Positions 28,401-37,408 of a stretch of DNA of 46,991 bases are shown here, piece by piece. Source of the DNA: a virus (Duplodnaviria > Caudoviricetes). A model generated the notes under the pieces. That model was given only the letters and a program-made list of their open reading frames with translations, searched no databases and was not told the origin of the DNA. How positions within the stretch are numbered: position 1 is the stretch's first letter; each line of letters opens with the position of its first letter. The stretch lies in IMG/VR virus record IMGVR_UViG_3300030613_000003, positions 1 to 46,991 of that record. The stretch is one strand, 5' to 3'. The position numbers and the translations under genes are program-made.

Positions 28401-30006
28401 ATTGTTGATCGGGAAAAAAATCGCCACCAAGAAAAATTGGTACACCCTTAATGTTGAAGAAACTCCGAGGTACAGCAAACTCGGTTTCAAACTCAAGGTA
28501 GAGAAAAAAGTCGTCAATCTATTAGAGAACCCATCCTATTTTAGAGAACGTAAGGGTCCCACTGGTGCCTTACAGGATGGTGACTTTTTTGAAACTATTG
28601 AGGCCATAGAAGAAGCCATATCGGATTATGTTGCTTACGCCCCGTCAGTACGCTTAGTTTTAACCCTTTTGGGCCACAAAGGACTTGTCCGAACCTGGCG
28701 GCAAAAAGGTTATGGTGATTTCCACAAAGCCCTGAACGAAATTGTTCCGAATGAGATGGGTTCGCCTGGGCCACGCAGTCCGATAGAACTGGCGGTCGCG
28801 GCCCTAACGCGAGGCGGTGCCAGAGGACTGTTTCATTGGAACCTTAAAACGGCTGGCATCCAGATTTCTTCGATGTTGTTGTTACGGAAACATTTCGACG
28901 CTGAATATGTTCGAGCCGGAACAATAGGTGCGGCCACGCACAAAATGGAAAAGGAATTCTTTCCCGTAAATCCCTGGGCCTGGTGTCGGTATTTTATGGA
29001 TCGCGGCCCTCGAATGATTGGTGGGATAGCCGAACACGGAGGTTTGACCCTTCAAATGCAGGGCAAATACGCGGCCAATCAAATGGGAGGATGGTTGCTT
29101 AAAAACGCCGACCTCGAACCGTTTCACGTCGCTTTCTGGGCGGCAATCGCTGAATACGATGATTACGTGGCCGGAAAAATCAGACCAGATAGCAGGGCGG
29201 AAACATATTGGGCCGGGAAACCGATTGTAGAAAAAAATAGTCCACAGTGGGAAACCCTAATACGGGAACGATTTACTGTTGGGCGTCGGGGTCAGCAATC
29301 CTATGATAAATTTGACCGATCTGTGAACACAAGTAATAAAAGTGTCTGGAACAAACTTGCTTTTCTGTTCCAGTCGTTTCACGAAGGTGCCTGGAATATG
29401 ATGCAGATGTCCTGGGATGAATGGATTCATAATCCGAAAACTTGGGCAAGCACTGCAAAAGCTGGTCTGGATATAGGTACAGTCTGGGCGTCTTACGTGA
29501 CTGAACAGATATTACGGGATTCAATCATAATGGTCACGGGTTTTACGATGGCAGCAATTCGCCGACGGAAACGAAAAGAACCGCTTCACTGGTATGAATG
29601 GATTTTGCGACCGTTCATAAGTATCCTGGATGCAATTCCAATGATTGGTAGTGCCGCGAATATGTATACGCGGAACTTTGTTCGTATTCTGGCTAAAGAG
29701 AAACCGATTTATGGTGGCCGAGTGGGAGAACCATTGCCGTTGAAACTTGTCAACGATGCCTTTGAAGGTGCGGATGGAATAGGCCGAGGAGTAGCTTATT
29801 ATCTAACAGGAGAAACAAAAAAGGGCAACAAGGCAACAATCAGTGGGATCAAGAAACTTTTTGAAAGCATCGCCCTAACACAAGGTATGCCGACTTATGA
29901 AATCAGGCGAATCCTAAATGCAACGGAAGGAAAAACGAAAACAGAGCCGCCGACGATAAAAGGTGGCGGAGCGTATAAACCGCCGGTAATAAAGAGGAAC
30001 AAATGA
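25492..30006 (+). CDS. Large internal virion / ejection protein with embedded HExxH motif
   Basis: ~1504 aa, last large late gene; GGAG RBS and TAATG coupling; IHELAH...HHPEF. Confidence 0.75.
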   Translation: MAAFTTEELDKMEQGVFTTEELDRMEEPASVNMLAQQKAEREATIALGAAPKEPSAVTSQMADPADVGPVTPTPPIQWSLADIGRIPGRVGGTLKMGGLQVGESMARAVQHGAEFVAKEVFPDLKDKDIRSFFEASATYPVGAAKHEKFLSDVARIPDMLADVAQAKREKILTGRSRFTFRESPILYATELVEQNLPTTAVALGVGILAGAPAGLAVMGVSEFGSAAEQQAGTGASIEKQTMIGILSAAAEIGGEMLVFPKILKGVEGGGFTVRAIMDIMAENAGQETVTGFAQGFLQTFGIETSKGIGIKEAVEKALMAGLAAMPENAWVGGLSAGVTTTSITAAGKAIDTIKHIAAVKETIEKPDADAIATVDAQIENIQKDETIPEEQKKAIIGILGNIVTDWETKIISKIPGEITDLESLEKWGNAVAKDLGVDKILEELAKKHGIQPNIVWQVTDKAVARCRAWAEGPEIGGTRERFGIKIWDFERAVRLYPADIKNSVIHELAHFAQKPRIDRGRIIRRAIHHPEFKSWLAAKIAEQLPKKRIAVPRKETGPQEIELTPQGEIAPAAGKAITELKYDDTLISKRGKEFWTVVSVNQENQTAIISREQASDTPSNTRKISLKTLSRFYTIQDKIVVPPAPAAPAAEKVEPRPSEPTKKKPSGKKLKREAHKIQKQYKISDEDFYALEEETTGKRSMKDMTVGEMASFVKALREMYGPITGLSEDDLERPIFFKGKWIPAEQVFGPVVSLVDGLPNVGKIPAHVVPGGIGAAPKKLVSGIWRVFMGLYRARPSRLFNILGGFKNTILTDIGHDLIEDGAERKSNHQMSFYTDGVWKFFAEKGFDSKALAGISRTQWRGPMPYKVMQELLGKGMKRTDIKFGKTTYSITRSSLCHHYLQVRQPDGMAHAVKDGLIFAEVHTGPLTEAEVTTQIINQAKSDPFCVAAAEWIDTVAPYYWRDPTNNISVLLIGKKIATKKNWYTLNVEETPRYSKLGFKLKVEKKVVNLLENPSYFRERKGPTGALQDGDFFETIEAIEEAISDYVAYAPSVRLVLTLLGHKGLVRTWRQKGYGDFHKALNEIVPNEMGSPGPRSPIELAVAALTRGGARGLFHWNLKTAGIQISSMLLLRKHFDAEYVRAGTIGAATHKMEKEFFPVNPWAWCRYFMDRGPRMIGGIAEHGGLTLQMQGKYAANQMGGWLLKNADLEPFHVAFWAAIAEYDDYVAGKIRPDSRAETYWAGKPIVEKNSPQWETLIRERFTVGRRGQQSYDKFDRSVNTSNKSVWNKLAFLFQSFHEGAWNMMQMSWDEWIHNPKTWASTAKAGLDIGTVWASYVTEQILRDSIIMVTGFTMAAIRRRKRKEPLHWYEWILRPFISILDAIPMIGSAANMYTRNFVRILAKEKPIYGGRVGEPLPLKLVNDAFEGADGIGRGVAYYLTGETKKGNKATISGIKKLFESIALTQGMPTYEIRRILNATEGKTKTEPPTIKGGGAYKPPVIKRNK

Positions 30007-30164
30007 CAACTAAAGAGACACTCACTGAGATTAAAACAGATGTTTGCTGGCTGAAAAAGGCGATGGCCAACCACCTTGCTCACCATTGGGCGATCACAAT
30101 ATCCCTGGTTGGTGTAACGGCGGCGTCGGTAGCCTCCCTGCTGATTGCTCTACTCTCCAAGTAG
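30003..30164 (+). CDS. 53-aa single-TM protein (holin-like candidate)
   Basis: Manual translation MTTKETLTEIKTDVCWLKKAMANHLAHHWAITISLVGVTAASVASLLIALLSK; GAGG RBS, ATGA coupling. Confidence 0.65.
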   Translation: MTTKETLTEIKTDVCWLKKAMANHLAHHWAITISLVGVTAASVASLLIALLSK

Positions 30165-30410
30165 GATTCTGGCTATTCTGGGGTCTATATCAATACCCTG
30201 TTCCCAACAAATGTTGGAACCAGATACAGGATCTTTGCGAGTATCTAAGGCGTTGATCACTACTTCTCTGGGAACCAGGCGAAACAGACCATCTCGTTGC
30301 CACAACACGGGACGGATTCTATTTGGACTATATCCATCCAACATATCCACCACTGTTAAAGTGTCCTCACCCCACATCACCGACAGTATATCTATGTTTT
30401 TGTAAATCAT
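30150..30410 (-). CDS. Hypothetical protein
   Basis: Coupled ORF, last gene of the - strand arm. Confidence 0.7.
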   Translation of the reverse strand: MIYKNIDILSVMWGEDTLTVVDMLDGYSPNRIRPVLWQRDGLFRLVPREVVINALDTRKDPVSGSNICWEQGIDIDPRIARILLGE

Positions 30411-30631
30411 CTGTTCATTTCCCCAAGAAATTCATCCACCCAATTCTTACGAGTGTATCTTATCCCACATATTTTTTCTGATTTCAGTTTTAGTTTTTTT
30501 CCGTCACCCCGGTCCAGACCTTTTCTGGCCCAGTAATCTACAGTGCGTACTGCACGCCATTCACCCGTAAGGCCATAGATATAGCCGGGTACGGCGGAAA
30601 TACGCAATCTGTCAACCATTATTCTCGGCAT
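30407..30631 (-). CDS. Excisionase/MerR-like small DNA-binding protein
   Basis: RTVDYWARKG...KLKSEKICG.RYT...VDEFL. Confidence 0.6.
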   Translation of the reverse strand: MPRIMVDRLRISAVPGYIYGLTGEWRAVRTVDYWARKGLDRGDGKKLKLKSEKICGIRYTRKNWVDEFLGEMNR

Positions 30632-30971
30632 CTTTTAGCCTCCTATATTCATCTGGGTGGTCCCCGTTGCACAAAGAGCCGCCTCCGGTCCTTCCAGCCC
30701 AATGTTTCCACAGTATTTTTGGAATAATCCGAACCCAATATGGATTTTTACCCCCGGTCATTAGAGGCGAAATAGCTATGTTCCAAGTCCGTTTATAAAT
30801 TGATGTCACTCTGACAATCCAACCGCCGGGGTAAGCGGGGGAAATCAGGTGAAACGCCCCCACTACCTCGACGGTTCCCTCTTGCATTGCCCTGGCGATG
30901 GCCTTTCTGAGAGGTCGGGTTTCAAGCCAGGCCACCAGGTCGTCCCTATTCCTGAAATGTTGCGTACGCAT
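30612..30971 (-). CDS. Hypothetical protein
   Basis: 119-aa ORF, GGGG RBS. Confidence 0.7.
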   Translation of the reverse strand: MRTQHFRNRDDLVAWLETRPLRKAIARAMQEGTVEVVGAFHLISPAYPGGWIVRVTSIYKRTWNIAISPLMTGGKNPYWVRIIPKILWKHWAGRTGGGSLCNGDHPDEYRRLKDAENNG

Positions 30972-31155
30972 ACCCCCGCATATCTTTCAACCTGATTCTT
31001 GGTTGGGACACAACTTCTAAATATGTTCCTTTTTCAGAATGTAAGGCCAGGAAAAACAACCATTCATCCTGTCGTGGGGAAAACGCATAATCCAATACTT
31101 CACCATAACGCCAACCGCCACGATCCTTGAATGATACGTATGTGCCTTCCATCAC
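30946..31155 (-). CDS. Hypothetical protein
   Basis: GGAGG RBS. Confidence 0.7.
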   Translation of the reverse strand: MMEGTYVSFKDRGGWRYGEVLDYAFSPRQDEWLFFLALHSEKGTYLEVVSQPRIRLKDMRGYAYATFQE

Positions 31156-31256
31156 GGAAATATCCTCCCAATCAACCGGTCAATCAGGGGTTTGAACGCG
31201 TAGCCCAGGACAACACCTAACGTCAGCAGAATAATGTTTTCAAAAATGTTTCCCAT
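31152..31256 (-). CDS. 34-aa membrane peptide
   Basis: Manual translation MGNIFENIILLTLGVVLGYAFKPLIDRLIGRIFP; fills the gap with coupled start and stop. Confidence 0.6.
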   Translation of the reverse strand: MGNIFENIILLTLGVVLGYAFKPLIDRLIGRIFP

Positions 31257-31594
31257 TAGATTTTTCCTTTCTTGGTTGATTTGCCTTTACGTTTCCTATT
31301 TAATTGTTCGAGTTTCTGTAGAAATTTATCAGGGTAGTATTCAAAATCATATTCGCCGTTGGCACAACTAAAACCAGGCAACACCAGTTTGCCCGGACAA
31401 CTATCACAACTGTCACCACTACAATAATCGCAAAAGTAACAATCTGCGACCAAAGATACGCCGGGATCGTTCCTTCGTAACCATTGTTTTTTCAAATTCC
31501 TAATATGCAAATTCTTATTTTTCTTCCATTCTTTTACAATCCATCGCCACATTTTAAGACAGTTTTGCCACGTTTTTTCTAAAGTCATCTTCAT
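31256..31594 (-). CDS. Cys-rich hypothetical protein
   Basis: CLKMWRWI...CYFCDYC..C..CP. Confidence 0.75.
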   Translation of the reverse strand: MKMTLEKTWQNCLKMWRWIVKEWKKNKNLHIRNLKKQWLRRNDPGVSLVADCYFCDYCSGDSCDSCPGKLVLPGFSCANGEYDFEYYPDKFLQKLEQLNRKRKGKSTKKGKI

Positions 31595-31604
31595 ACTATT
31601 CCTT

Positions 31605-31874
31605 TCAATTTGGCTTTATAAAGATGTTAGACCGACGATTACCTGTTATGGCAGTGGGTGAATACTCACCCTCTATGCAACTGCCATCTTTCCCACATAT
31701 TTTAATCTTGATTTTACGACAATTTTTACAGGTCGCGGTCCTGAAAGATTTGGCCCAATTTTTTAGTCGGCGGATAGTCCCATCTGCGGGAGAGATACAT
31801 CCTATAAATGTACCGCATAGACTATAGCAATCACCACACACTATACCGACAGAGCCATATAAGTGTTTTTTCAT
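31605..31874 (-). CDS. Cys-rich hypothetical protein
   Basis: SLCG...TCKNC; ATGA coupling. Confidence 0.65.
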   Translation of the reverse strand: MKKHLYGSVGIVCGDCYSLCGTFIGCISPADGTIRRLKNWAKSFRTATCKNCRKIKIKICGKDGSCIEGEYSPTAITGNRRSNIFIKPN

Positions 31875-32434
31875 ATCTTACCCCCAAGTCTAAGTTTTGA
31901 TTTGATCGAACTGACAATACGTTTCGTGGCGGATGATTCGTGTTTATCCAAGACAGAATTTATGGTTTGCGGGAGATTAAAGTCGCCGCCGTTCACCGTC
32001 TTATATTCCTGCACCCCCGTAATAATCTCCACCAGGGCCTTGCGGCGGGCCAGGATACTAAATAGGGCTGCTGCGATTGAACCCATTAGGCCAAAAACCG
32101 CCATCCAAACCGCAAAACGGGCGACAGCCAGGGCCATAAAGAGGGACACAGACGCAGACGCAATAGACGCAATCCCCAGTTTGCTCGCCCCGTTTGTCAG
32201 CGCAAACACACCGGCTGCCATTCCGAGAATAGACGCGGTCACTAACCAGTTTGAGTTTTTTGCCGCTTTCCATAATTGCACTCCAGGTGACGGTGCGATT
32301 TCCGGTTTGGTTTCCGGTTTATGGATCCCGATGTCCTGTTGGAACCCCTGCCAAGTATGGCAACCGGCGACTGCAACCAACACGCACAGTAAAAGATAAA
32401 TTGTTAATGTAAACCAAAGTAGCCGGTCTTTCAT
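31871..32434 (-). CDS. Lipoprotein-signal multi-TM membrane protein
   Basis: Lipobox-like VAGC, then three hydrophobic segments. Confidence 0.75.
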   Translation of the reverse strand: MKDRLLWFTLTIYLLLCVLVAVAGCHTWQGFQQDIGIHKPETKPEIAPSPGVQLWKAAKNSNWLVTASILGMAAGVFALTNGASKLGIASIASASVSLFMALAVARFAVWMAVFGLMGSIAAALFSILARRKALVEIITGVQEYKTVNGGDFNLPQTINSVLDKHESSATKRIVSSIKSKLRLGGKI

Positions 32435-32673
32435 AATTTCTCCTTCACTTTTGATTTCAGGTATACGACAAAATCGTGGGCTGAACGTCTATGGCTTATG
32501 ATAGTATCATAGGGCAAAATGGCAACTAAACCGCCGCTTTTGGGATCGTAGACATTGACAGCATTTTGTTCATAATTTGTCCAAACATCGTATGACTGGT
32601 TTTTGTATAGTTCATTTACTGTTAGACCAACAAGATCGACTACGTCTGCTAAAGTAGGTGGGTGAAACATCAC
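32431..32673 (-). CDS. Hypothetical protein
   Basis: Coupled ORF with GGAG RBS. Confidence 0.65.
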   Translation of the reverse strand: MMFHPPTLADVVDLVGLTVNELYKNQSYDVWTNYEQNAVNVYDPKSGGLVAILPYDTIISHRRSAHDFVVYLKSKVKEKL

Positions 32674-34943
32674 GATCTCCCTAAATACTTGTCATAAACC
32701 CATTTTTGTAGTTTTATGTTTTCATAGGCATAGACTAAATCATTACCCATCCTGACTTTTATCTTCCTCACGCCCGGACACGCCTGAACTAACCACCTGC
32801 CAAATTGGTTTCGTACACCAGGTTTCCGTCCACTCTCGGCACACCATCGCTGCCACGTCTCGAAAACTACAGTCAAATCTACAGTGCTTCCTGGTTCCAG
32901 GACACAACATTCAGAGACAAATGCTGTAACGGGTGTGGTTATTTCAACCATTTGTGCCAGTTCTCTGGCGGATGATTCCGGCACCACGAACACTTTATTC
33001 TGCCGCAGGTCTTTGAGACCCTGAAGGGCGAAGTTGATAAGTTTGCCCTGACTTGCTTCCTTCCTGAGTCTGCCTTTCAGGCCAAAATCTTCGCGACCTA
33101 TCCGGGAGATTGGAAAGTACAGGATATTCGTCCTGGCCGCGAGTGCCCTGGCGTGATCGGTGAAAGTGGGTAGATCGTTCATTGCCACCGTAAACCGGGT
33201 CGAAAGATGCACGGTGTATCCCACCTGATATTTCTGATTAATATGCACGGGATCGCCGCCAACAATTCGCAGGATAGTTTCCAGAGCCGCGTCAGCTTCA
33301 GTGGCCCTCGGTGTTTTGGCGTCTCCGAGTGTGGCGGATAATTTTCCGACCAAAGGTGCCCGGCCAAAGGAGGAGGCGAGCGTTTGGAAATCAGTAGAAA
33401 CACACTGATCGTTTCCGAGCATACCCGACATTGCTTCAAGAACTGTACTCTTTCCTGAACGCGGATTGCCCGTAAATAACATCAATTTTTCGTGGGTATT
33501 ATCAGGAATACATTGATAGCCAAACCACTGTTGCAGAAGCCTGATGCAATCTTCGTTTCCGTCAAAGGTTTCAACCAGGAAATCATACCATATATCCGAC
33601 GTGGCTTCCGGGTCATAGTTGTACGGAAGTACGCCGAGGGAAAATAAGTTAGGGTCGGGGTTGTGGAACACTATATTGCCCTTGATGTACTCACATACAT
33701 CGAGCAATCCGTTTTGAAAAGCAATGAGATCGCGGGGGTCAGGATGTTGTCCTTCATCCAACCAGACAGGTGGGTCTCGGTTAATAGGACACCAAGCAGA
33801 TAGGGCGTCAAGGATGTCGCGGACTTTTTGGCCGGTGGGTCTATATGGTTTGATTTCCGGGCCTTTTGTTCCCTCAAATCTGAATTGTTTGCCGTCAAGG
33901 TAGCGATATAGTTCTCCTTTCAATACGTCCAGCCGGAGTGAACTGTATCTATTTTCTTTCCAAGTTACCCAGTCTCCTTTATAGTTCCGCAGGATGGGAA
34001 CATCACCCAACATATAGTTGTCGTGAAGGAATCTTTCGCCGATCACAAGACCGGTATCATCCGGGAAAATGTTGGGGTCCGTAGAAGTATTCCGGTTCCC
34101 AACATCACCTACATATTCAATCAGTTGCTTTTGGGTCAGTCCATATCGCAACCATTCTCGTAAATCTTTAGTTCCTTCGGGCGGCATTATCCGGTAGATT
34201 TTATCGGACATCCCGGACAGAATGGCAAACGCCTTTTCCATTCCGGCCTTACCCGCACCGGCATCGTTCTCACCTATGATCCATATTTCCTTGCCAGACA
34301 GAGGCATCTTGCCCAACATCGACAAGCCGCCCTCCGCAGACGGCCTGCCGATTGCAATGAAACCCAGGTCCATAGCCGCCGCAACATCTGTCGCACCTTC
34401 CACAACAATAATAGGTAGGTCCGTTTCGGGAAGGACAGTCTGGGTAGCTTGTACGCGATTTCGCTTCGGGTCGATAATATGAAGAAATCCGCTTCCGGGA
34501 ATCTCCGCCGTAGACTTCTCAGATATGCGGCTGCATAGACACGCTGATGGGTTTCCGGGGTTATCATCTGAAACAAGACACCAATCTGGTTTTCCACAGA
34601 CGGGACAAACGACTCCGGCATCTGCGATTCTAACCCACTTTGCTTTTCCTGTGACATACCTGTCCCTTTCGCTAAGTGACCCGGCGTTAAACTGATAGAC
34701 CAGTCCTCTTTTGGAACCCGACTCCATAAACTTCTTGCCGTCAGGAAATCGCCAGAGAATACCGGTTATGTCGCCCTTTTCATTTCGTTCTGGGAATGTC
34801 CACGCTTGCTTGCCGGGGTAGAACCCCACGCCCAATTTGTTCAGGGATTCTACCGAGACGCCAAGATCGCCGGACAGATCGTCCAACATCGTGGGCCAGA
34901 CGTTGTTCCGATAAATTTCGGACAGTTCGTTAAGATTGAGCAT
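32670..34943 (-). CDS. Primase-helicase (Toprim primase plus D5/P4-type SF3 helicase)
   Basis: CPVCGKPDWC zinc finger, VVEGATD/ENDAGAG Toprim, IAFQNG (D5_N), GNPRSGKST Walker A, AMNDLP. Confidence 0.9.
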   Translation of the reverse strand: MLNLNELSEIYRNNVWPTMLDDLSGDLGVSVESLNKLGVGFYPGKQAWTFPERNEKGDITGILWRFPDGKKFMESGSKRGLVYQFNAGSLSERDRYVTGKAKWVRIADAGVVCPVCGKPDWCLVSDDNPGNPSACLCSRISEKSTAEIPGSGFLHIIDPKRNRVQATQTVLPETDLPIIVVEGATDVAAAMDLGFIAIGRPSAEGGLSMLGKMPLSGKEIWIIGENDAGAGKAGMEKAFAILSGMSDKIYRIMPPEGTKDLREWLRYGLTQKQLIEYVGDVGNRNTSTDPNIFPDDTGLVIGERFLHDNYMLGDVPILRNYKGDWVTWKENRYSSLRLDVLKGELYRYLDGKQFRFEGTKGPEIKPYRPTGQKVRDILDALSAWCPINRDPPVWLDEGQHPDPRDLIAFQNGLLDVCEYIKGNIVFHNPDPNLFSLGVLPYNYDPEATSDIWYDFLVETFDGNEDCIRLLQQWFGYQCIPDNTHEKLMLFTGNPRSGKSTVLEAMSGMLGNDQCVSTDFQTLASSFGRAPLVGKLSATLGDAKTPRATEADAALETILRIVGGDPVHINQKYQVGYTVHLSTRFTVAMNDLPTFTDHARALAARTNILYFPISRIGREDFGLKGRLRKEASQGKLINFALQGLKDLRQNKVFVVPESSARELAQMVEITTPVTAFVSECCVLEPGSTVDLTVVFETWQRWCAESGRKPGVRNQFGRWLVQACPGVRKIKVRMGNDLVYAYENIKLQKWVYDKYLGRS

Positions 34944-35161
34944 CAGGAGTCCCTAACAAACCTACGAATTTCTTCTTTGGCCATATCGAAGTATTCGTCA
35001 AACATTGCCCGGAATTCATTTTTTTCGACTATTTGTCGTCTTATGACATTAGAGAAACCCAGACCCCTCACTTCAATCTCAAACTCAAATTCGCCCTGCA
35101 TTGGCACATCTGTCGGCCTTATTTCAACTTTCAAATATCTTATTTCTTTATATCCTGACAT
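34943..35161 (-). CDS. Hypothetical protein
   Basis: AAAGGA RBS; TGATG coupling to the primase. Confidence 0.75.
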   Translation of the reverse strand: MSGYKEIRYLKVEIRPTDVPMQGEFEFEIEVRGLGFSNVIRRQIVEKNEFRAMFDEYFDMAKEEIRRFVRDS

Positions 35162-35182
35162 TTTTTCCTTTCAAAATCCCTA

Positions 35183-35331
35183 AAAACCCGGCGGGCAGGA
35201 TTTGAACCCGCGATTGGGCTGTTAAGCCTCCGCCATCCGTTTCCACTAACGTCTTAATAGATGGGGTGATGGCCGTTGATGTCCTTAATCTATGCGTCCA
35301 TAGCAATCACAACGACATTCCGCCGGGTTTT
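35183..35331 (-). ncRNA. tRNA-like structured RNA, copy 1
   Basis: 12-bp closing stem AAAACCCGGCGG/CCGCCGGGTTTT abutting T-arm GCGGG-TTCAAAT-CCTGC. Confidence 0.7.
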
Positions 35332-35334
35332 ATT

Positions 35335-36312
35335 TTAGAATATCCCCACTTCATCCAGGACTTTTTCCTTGATCGCGTGCCACTGGTCTGAGGTTATTTC
35401 ATCGTAGGACGCGTTAGCACCGGCGATTTCAGCTATGGCATTGGTCCAGGATGTTCTAAGTTGCTCGTCGGTCTGATTAGGGTCACGGAGTTCTACTATC
35501 GCCTCCCAAGCTAACTGTTTCGTACAGTCAGACTTGACCTGGCCCGGAACCGGCTGGCGAACAGGCGGAGCAAGGACAGGCGGTTTCTTCACAGCATTTT
35601 TTAAGACTTCTGAAGTTGCCGCTGATTTCATAGCCGCTTTTTTCGCCTCGGCCTTGAGCCGGGCAGACTTTGCTGCCATCTTAGCTTTCTTCTGTTCGGG
35701 CGTGTCTGGTGGAGTTTCCTCAGCCTGTTGTTCGGCTATGGGTAGGTCTTCAGCGATTTCATCTTCGTTGGGCAAAAGGTTCGGTACCGCCTTACTCGGC
35801 ATTTTCGGCAGGGCTTTCTTGGCCGAAACCGCTTTCGGGGCTGGTTTAATCAGCCCGGCAAACTCAGCGTCAAGAGTTTTCAGTTCTTCAACATTTAATT
35901 TTTTCAACTGACGATTGGGTTCGGCGTCATAAACATCGAGCCAATTTACCTGATACGGGACTTTGGCACCTTCGTAGGTATTTTCCTCAACCCGCACTTG
36001 GAACTTGAGGTCTGTATAGTCGCCACCCGCCAGGGTTGCAAACGACCGGCCATCCCAATTAAACACCTTCATTACCTGTTGGTGATTCAAAGTTGGAGCC
36101 AGTTTATCTGTACCTTTAGTCTTGCCATACAGAATCCAATAGGCTGTAATTTCCATCTGGAATTCGCTAAAATCAATCCATTCTGCTTCTTCCTGGTCGT
36201 ACCATTCTGTAAAATATAATCGTGCGACTAATTGGGGAAAACCTCCGGTTGATTTATTGACCGACCATTCGGTTGCCTGACATCTAAAACTACCTGTTCT
36301 ATCTACTTGCAT
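35335..36312 (-). CDS. Putative single-stranded DNA-binding protein (DUF669-like) with extended C-terminus
   Basis: Follows the Sak4-like ATPase; OB-like N-terminal half, Pro/Ala/Lys linker. Confidence 0.6.
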   Translation of the reverse strand: MQVDRTGSFRCQATEWSVNKSTGGFPQLVARLYFTEWYDQEEAEWIDFSEFQMEITAYWILYGKTKGTDKLAPTLNHQQVMKVFNWDGRSFATLAGGDYTDLKFQVRVEENTYEGAKVPYQVNWLDVYDAEPNRQLKKLNVEELKTLDAEFAGLIKPAPKAVSAKKALPKMPSKAVPNLLPNEDEIAEDLPIAEQQAEETPPDTPEQKKAKMAAKSARLKAEAKKAAMKSAATSEVLKNAVKKPPVLAPPVRQPVPGQVKSDCTKQLAWEAIVELRDPNQTDEQLRTSWTNAIAEIAGANASYDEITSDQWHAIKEKVLDEVGIF

Positions 36313-36494
36313 AGTTCATCCTTTCTGAAAGATATACTCAATTCTATCGGTCCCAGATAAAAATTTACAACCATACAGTTTACAAGAATGTGTGAAAAGG
36401 GCCACCAATTAAAACCTATTCTCCAACTGGTAAAATCGAGTGTAGCCCCAAAAATTACACCGTACCATTCTGAAAACCAGTGTCGCTTTCGCAT
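36303..36494 (-). CDS. Small Trp-rich hypothetical protein
   Basis: TGATG coupling at 36494. Confidence 0.55.
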   Translation of the reverse strand: MRKRHWFSEWYGVIFGATLDFTSWRIGFNWWPFSHILVNCMVVNFYLGPIELSISFRKDELCK

Positions 36495-37408
36495 CACTCG
36501 CTCCTTTCCCACGCACGGTCGAATACGAACTGCCAGATGGAATCATCGGTCGGGTCGGCAAACGAAACAACCGGGAACTCGGCTGGTATGGTCCGCGACT
36601 TGGCCGTGAAATGGACCTGTGGGTGGACAAAAATCACCCGTTCACCGCTCGACGACGCCTTTTTCTTGGACGTAGTAATGTCCCCGTATCCTATCTTAAA
36701 TACGTGGTCGCACCATTCTACGAATAGTCCAATTACCGAGGGAGTCTTGCCGTGCTGGGGCTGCAACTTGGGGGCGTCACGCAAGAAATCCTCGCCGCCT
36801 GGATTTGGTACGGATTCAGTAGTGGATTGGCAGAGCAGGACCACGTTCTTACCCATACGAATCAGGGTATCCAAATCGGGTAAAAACAGCCGCATCGTGT
36901 CGTAAGTGTGACGGTATCCCTTACCCCAACCATAGCTCTCAATGTTAGAGACTTTTGTGCCCTTGTCGCTGAACACATTATTAAGAGTCCACTTTAGAGC
37001 CAGGTCTTCGTCAACCCGTGTGAGAGTGTCGACCACCAAAGAATTATAGTTAGTGTATAGATCCGTTTGACGTAGGGCGTCCCGCAGATCGTCAAGGGTT
37101 TCCACGCCCGGAATATGTTCCAGGATTTTGCCCTGGATTTTTCTGCCGCCATCATCCAGGCCGATGAAAATTGGTTTGGATAACAAAGACGCGAGGGTAG
37201 TTTTGCCCATCCCGGATTCGCCATATATGATAATCTTTTCGCCCTCGTGTTCTCCGGTCCATTTAGCTGAAGTAAAAGTCTTGACCTGTCTTACTGGCTT
37301 AGCGGGTGACGGGACTTTAGCTTGCGGTTTCTTAGGCGGCTCCCTAAATGGTTTGCCAACAGGACTGCCGGGCAATAATGGGTTTCTTTCGGGTGGTGAT
37401 AGGGTCAT
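36494..37408 (-). CDS. AAA_24 / Sak4-like ATPase (recombination)
   Basis: IYGESGMGKTTLA, VVDTLT, GWGKGY, FTAKSR. Confidence 0.85.
   Translation of the reverse strand: MTLSPPERNPLLPGSPVGKPFREPPKKPQAKVPSPAKPVRQVKTFTSAKWTGEHEGEKIIIYGESGMGKTTLASLLSKPIFIGLDDGGRKIQGKILEHIPGVETLDDLRDALRQTDLYTNYNSLVVDTLTRVDEDLALKWTLNNVFSDKGTKVSNIESYGWGKGYRHTYDTMRLFLPDLDTLIRMGKNVVLLCQSTTESVPNPGGEDFLRDAPKLQPQHGKTPSVIGLFVEWCDHVFKIGYGDITTSKKKASSSGERVIFVHPQVHFTAKSRTIPAEFPVVSFADPTDDSIWQFVFDRAWERSE

Noticed and set aside
7178-30086. Many antisense ORFs under the structural genes (for example 7685-8293, 11986-12537, 18839-19450)
   Set aside because: Shadow frames of long + strand genes with no motifs or RBS, unlike the nested HNH, which has clear family motifs.
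35183-35331. Canonical tRNA gene
   Set aside because: A T-arm is present but I could not identify D or anticodon arms or a CCA end; kept as tRNA-like ncRNA.
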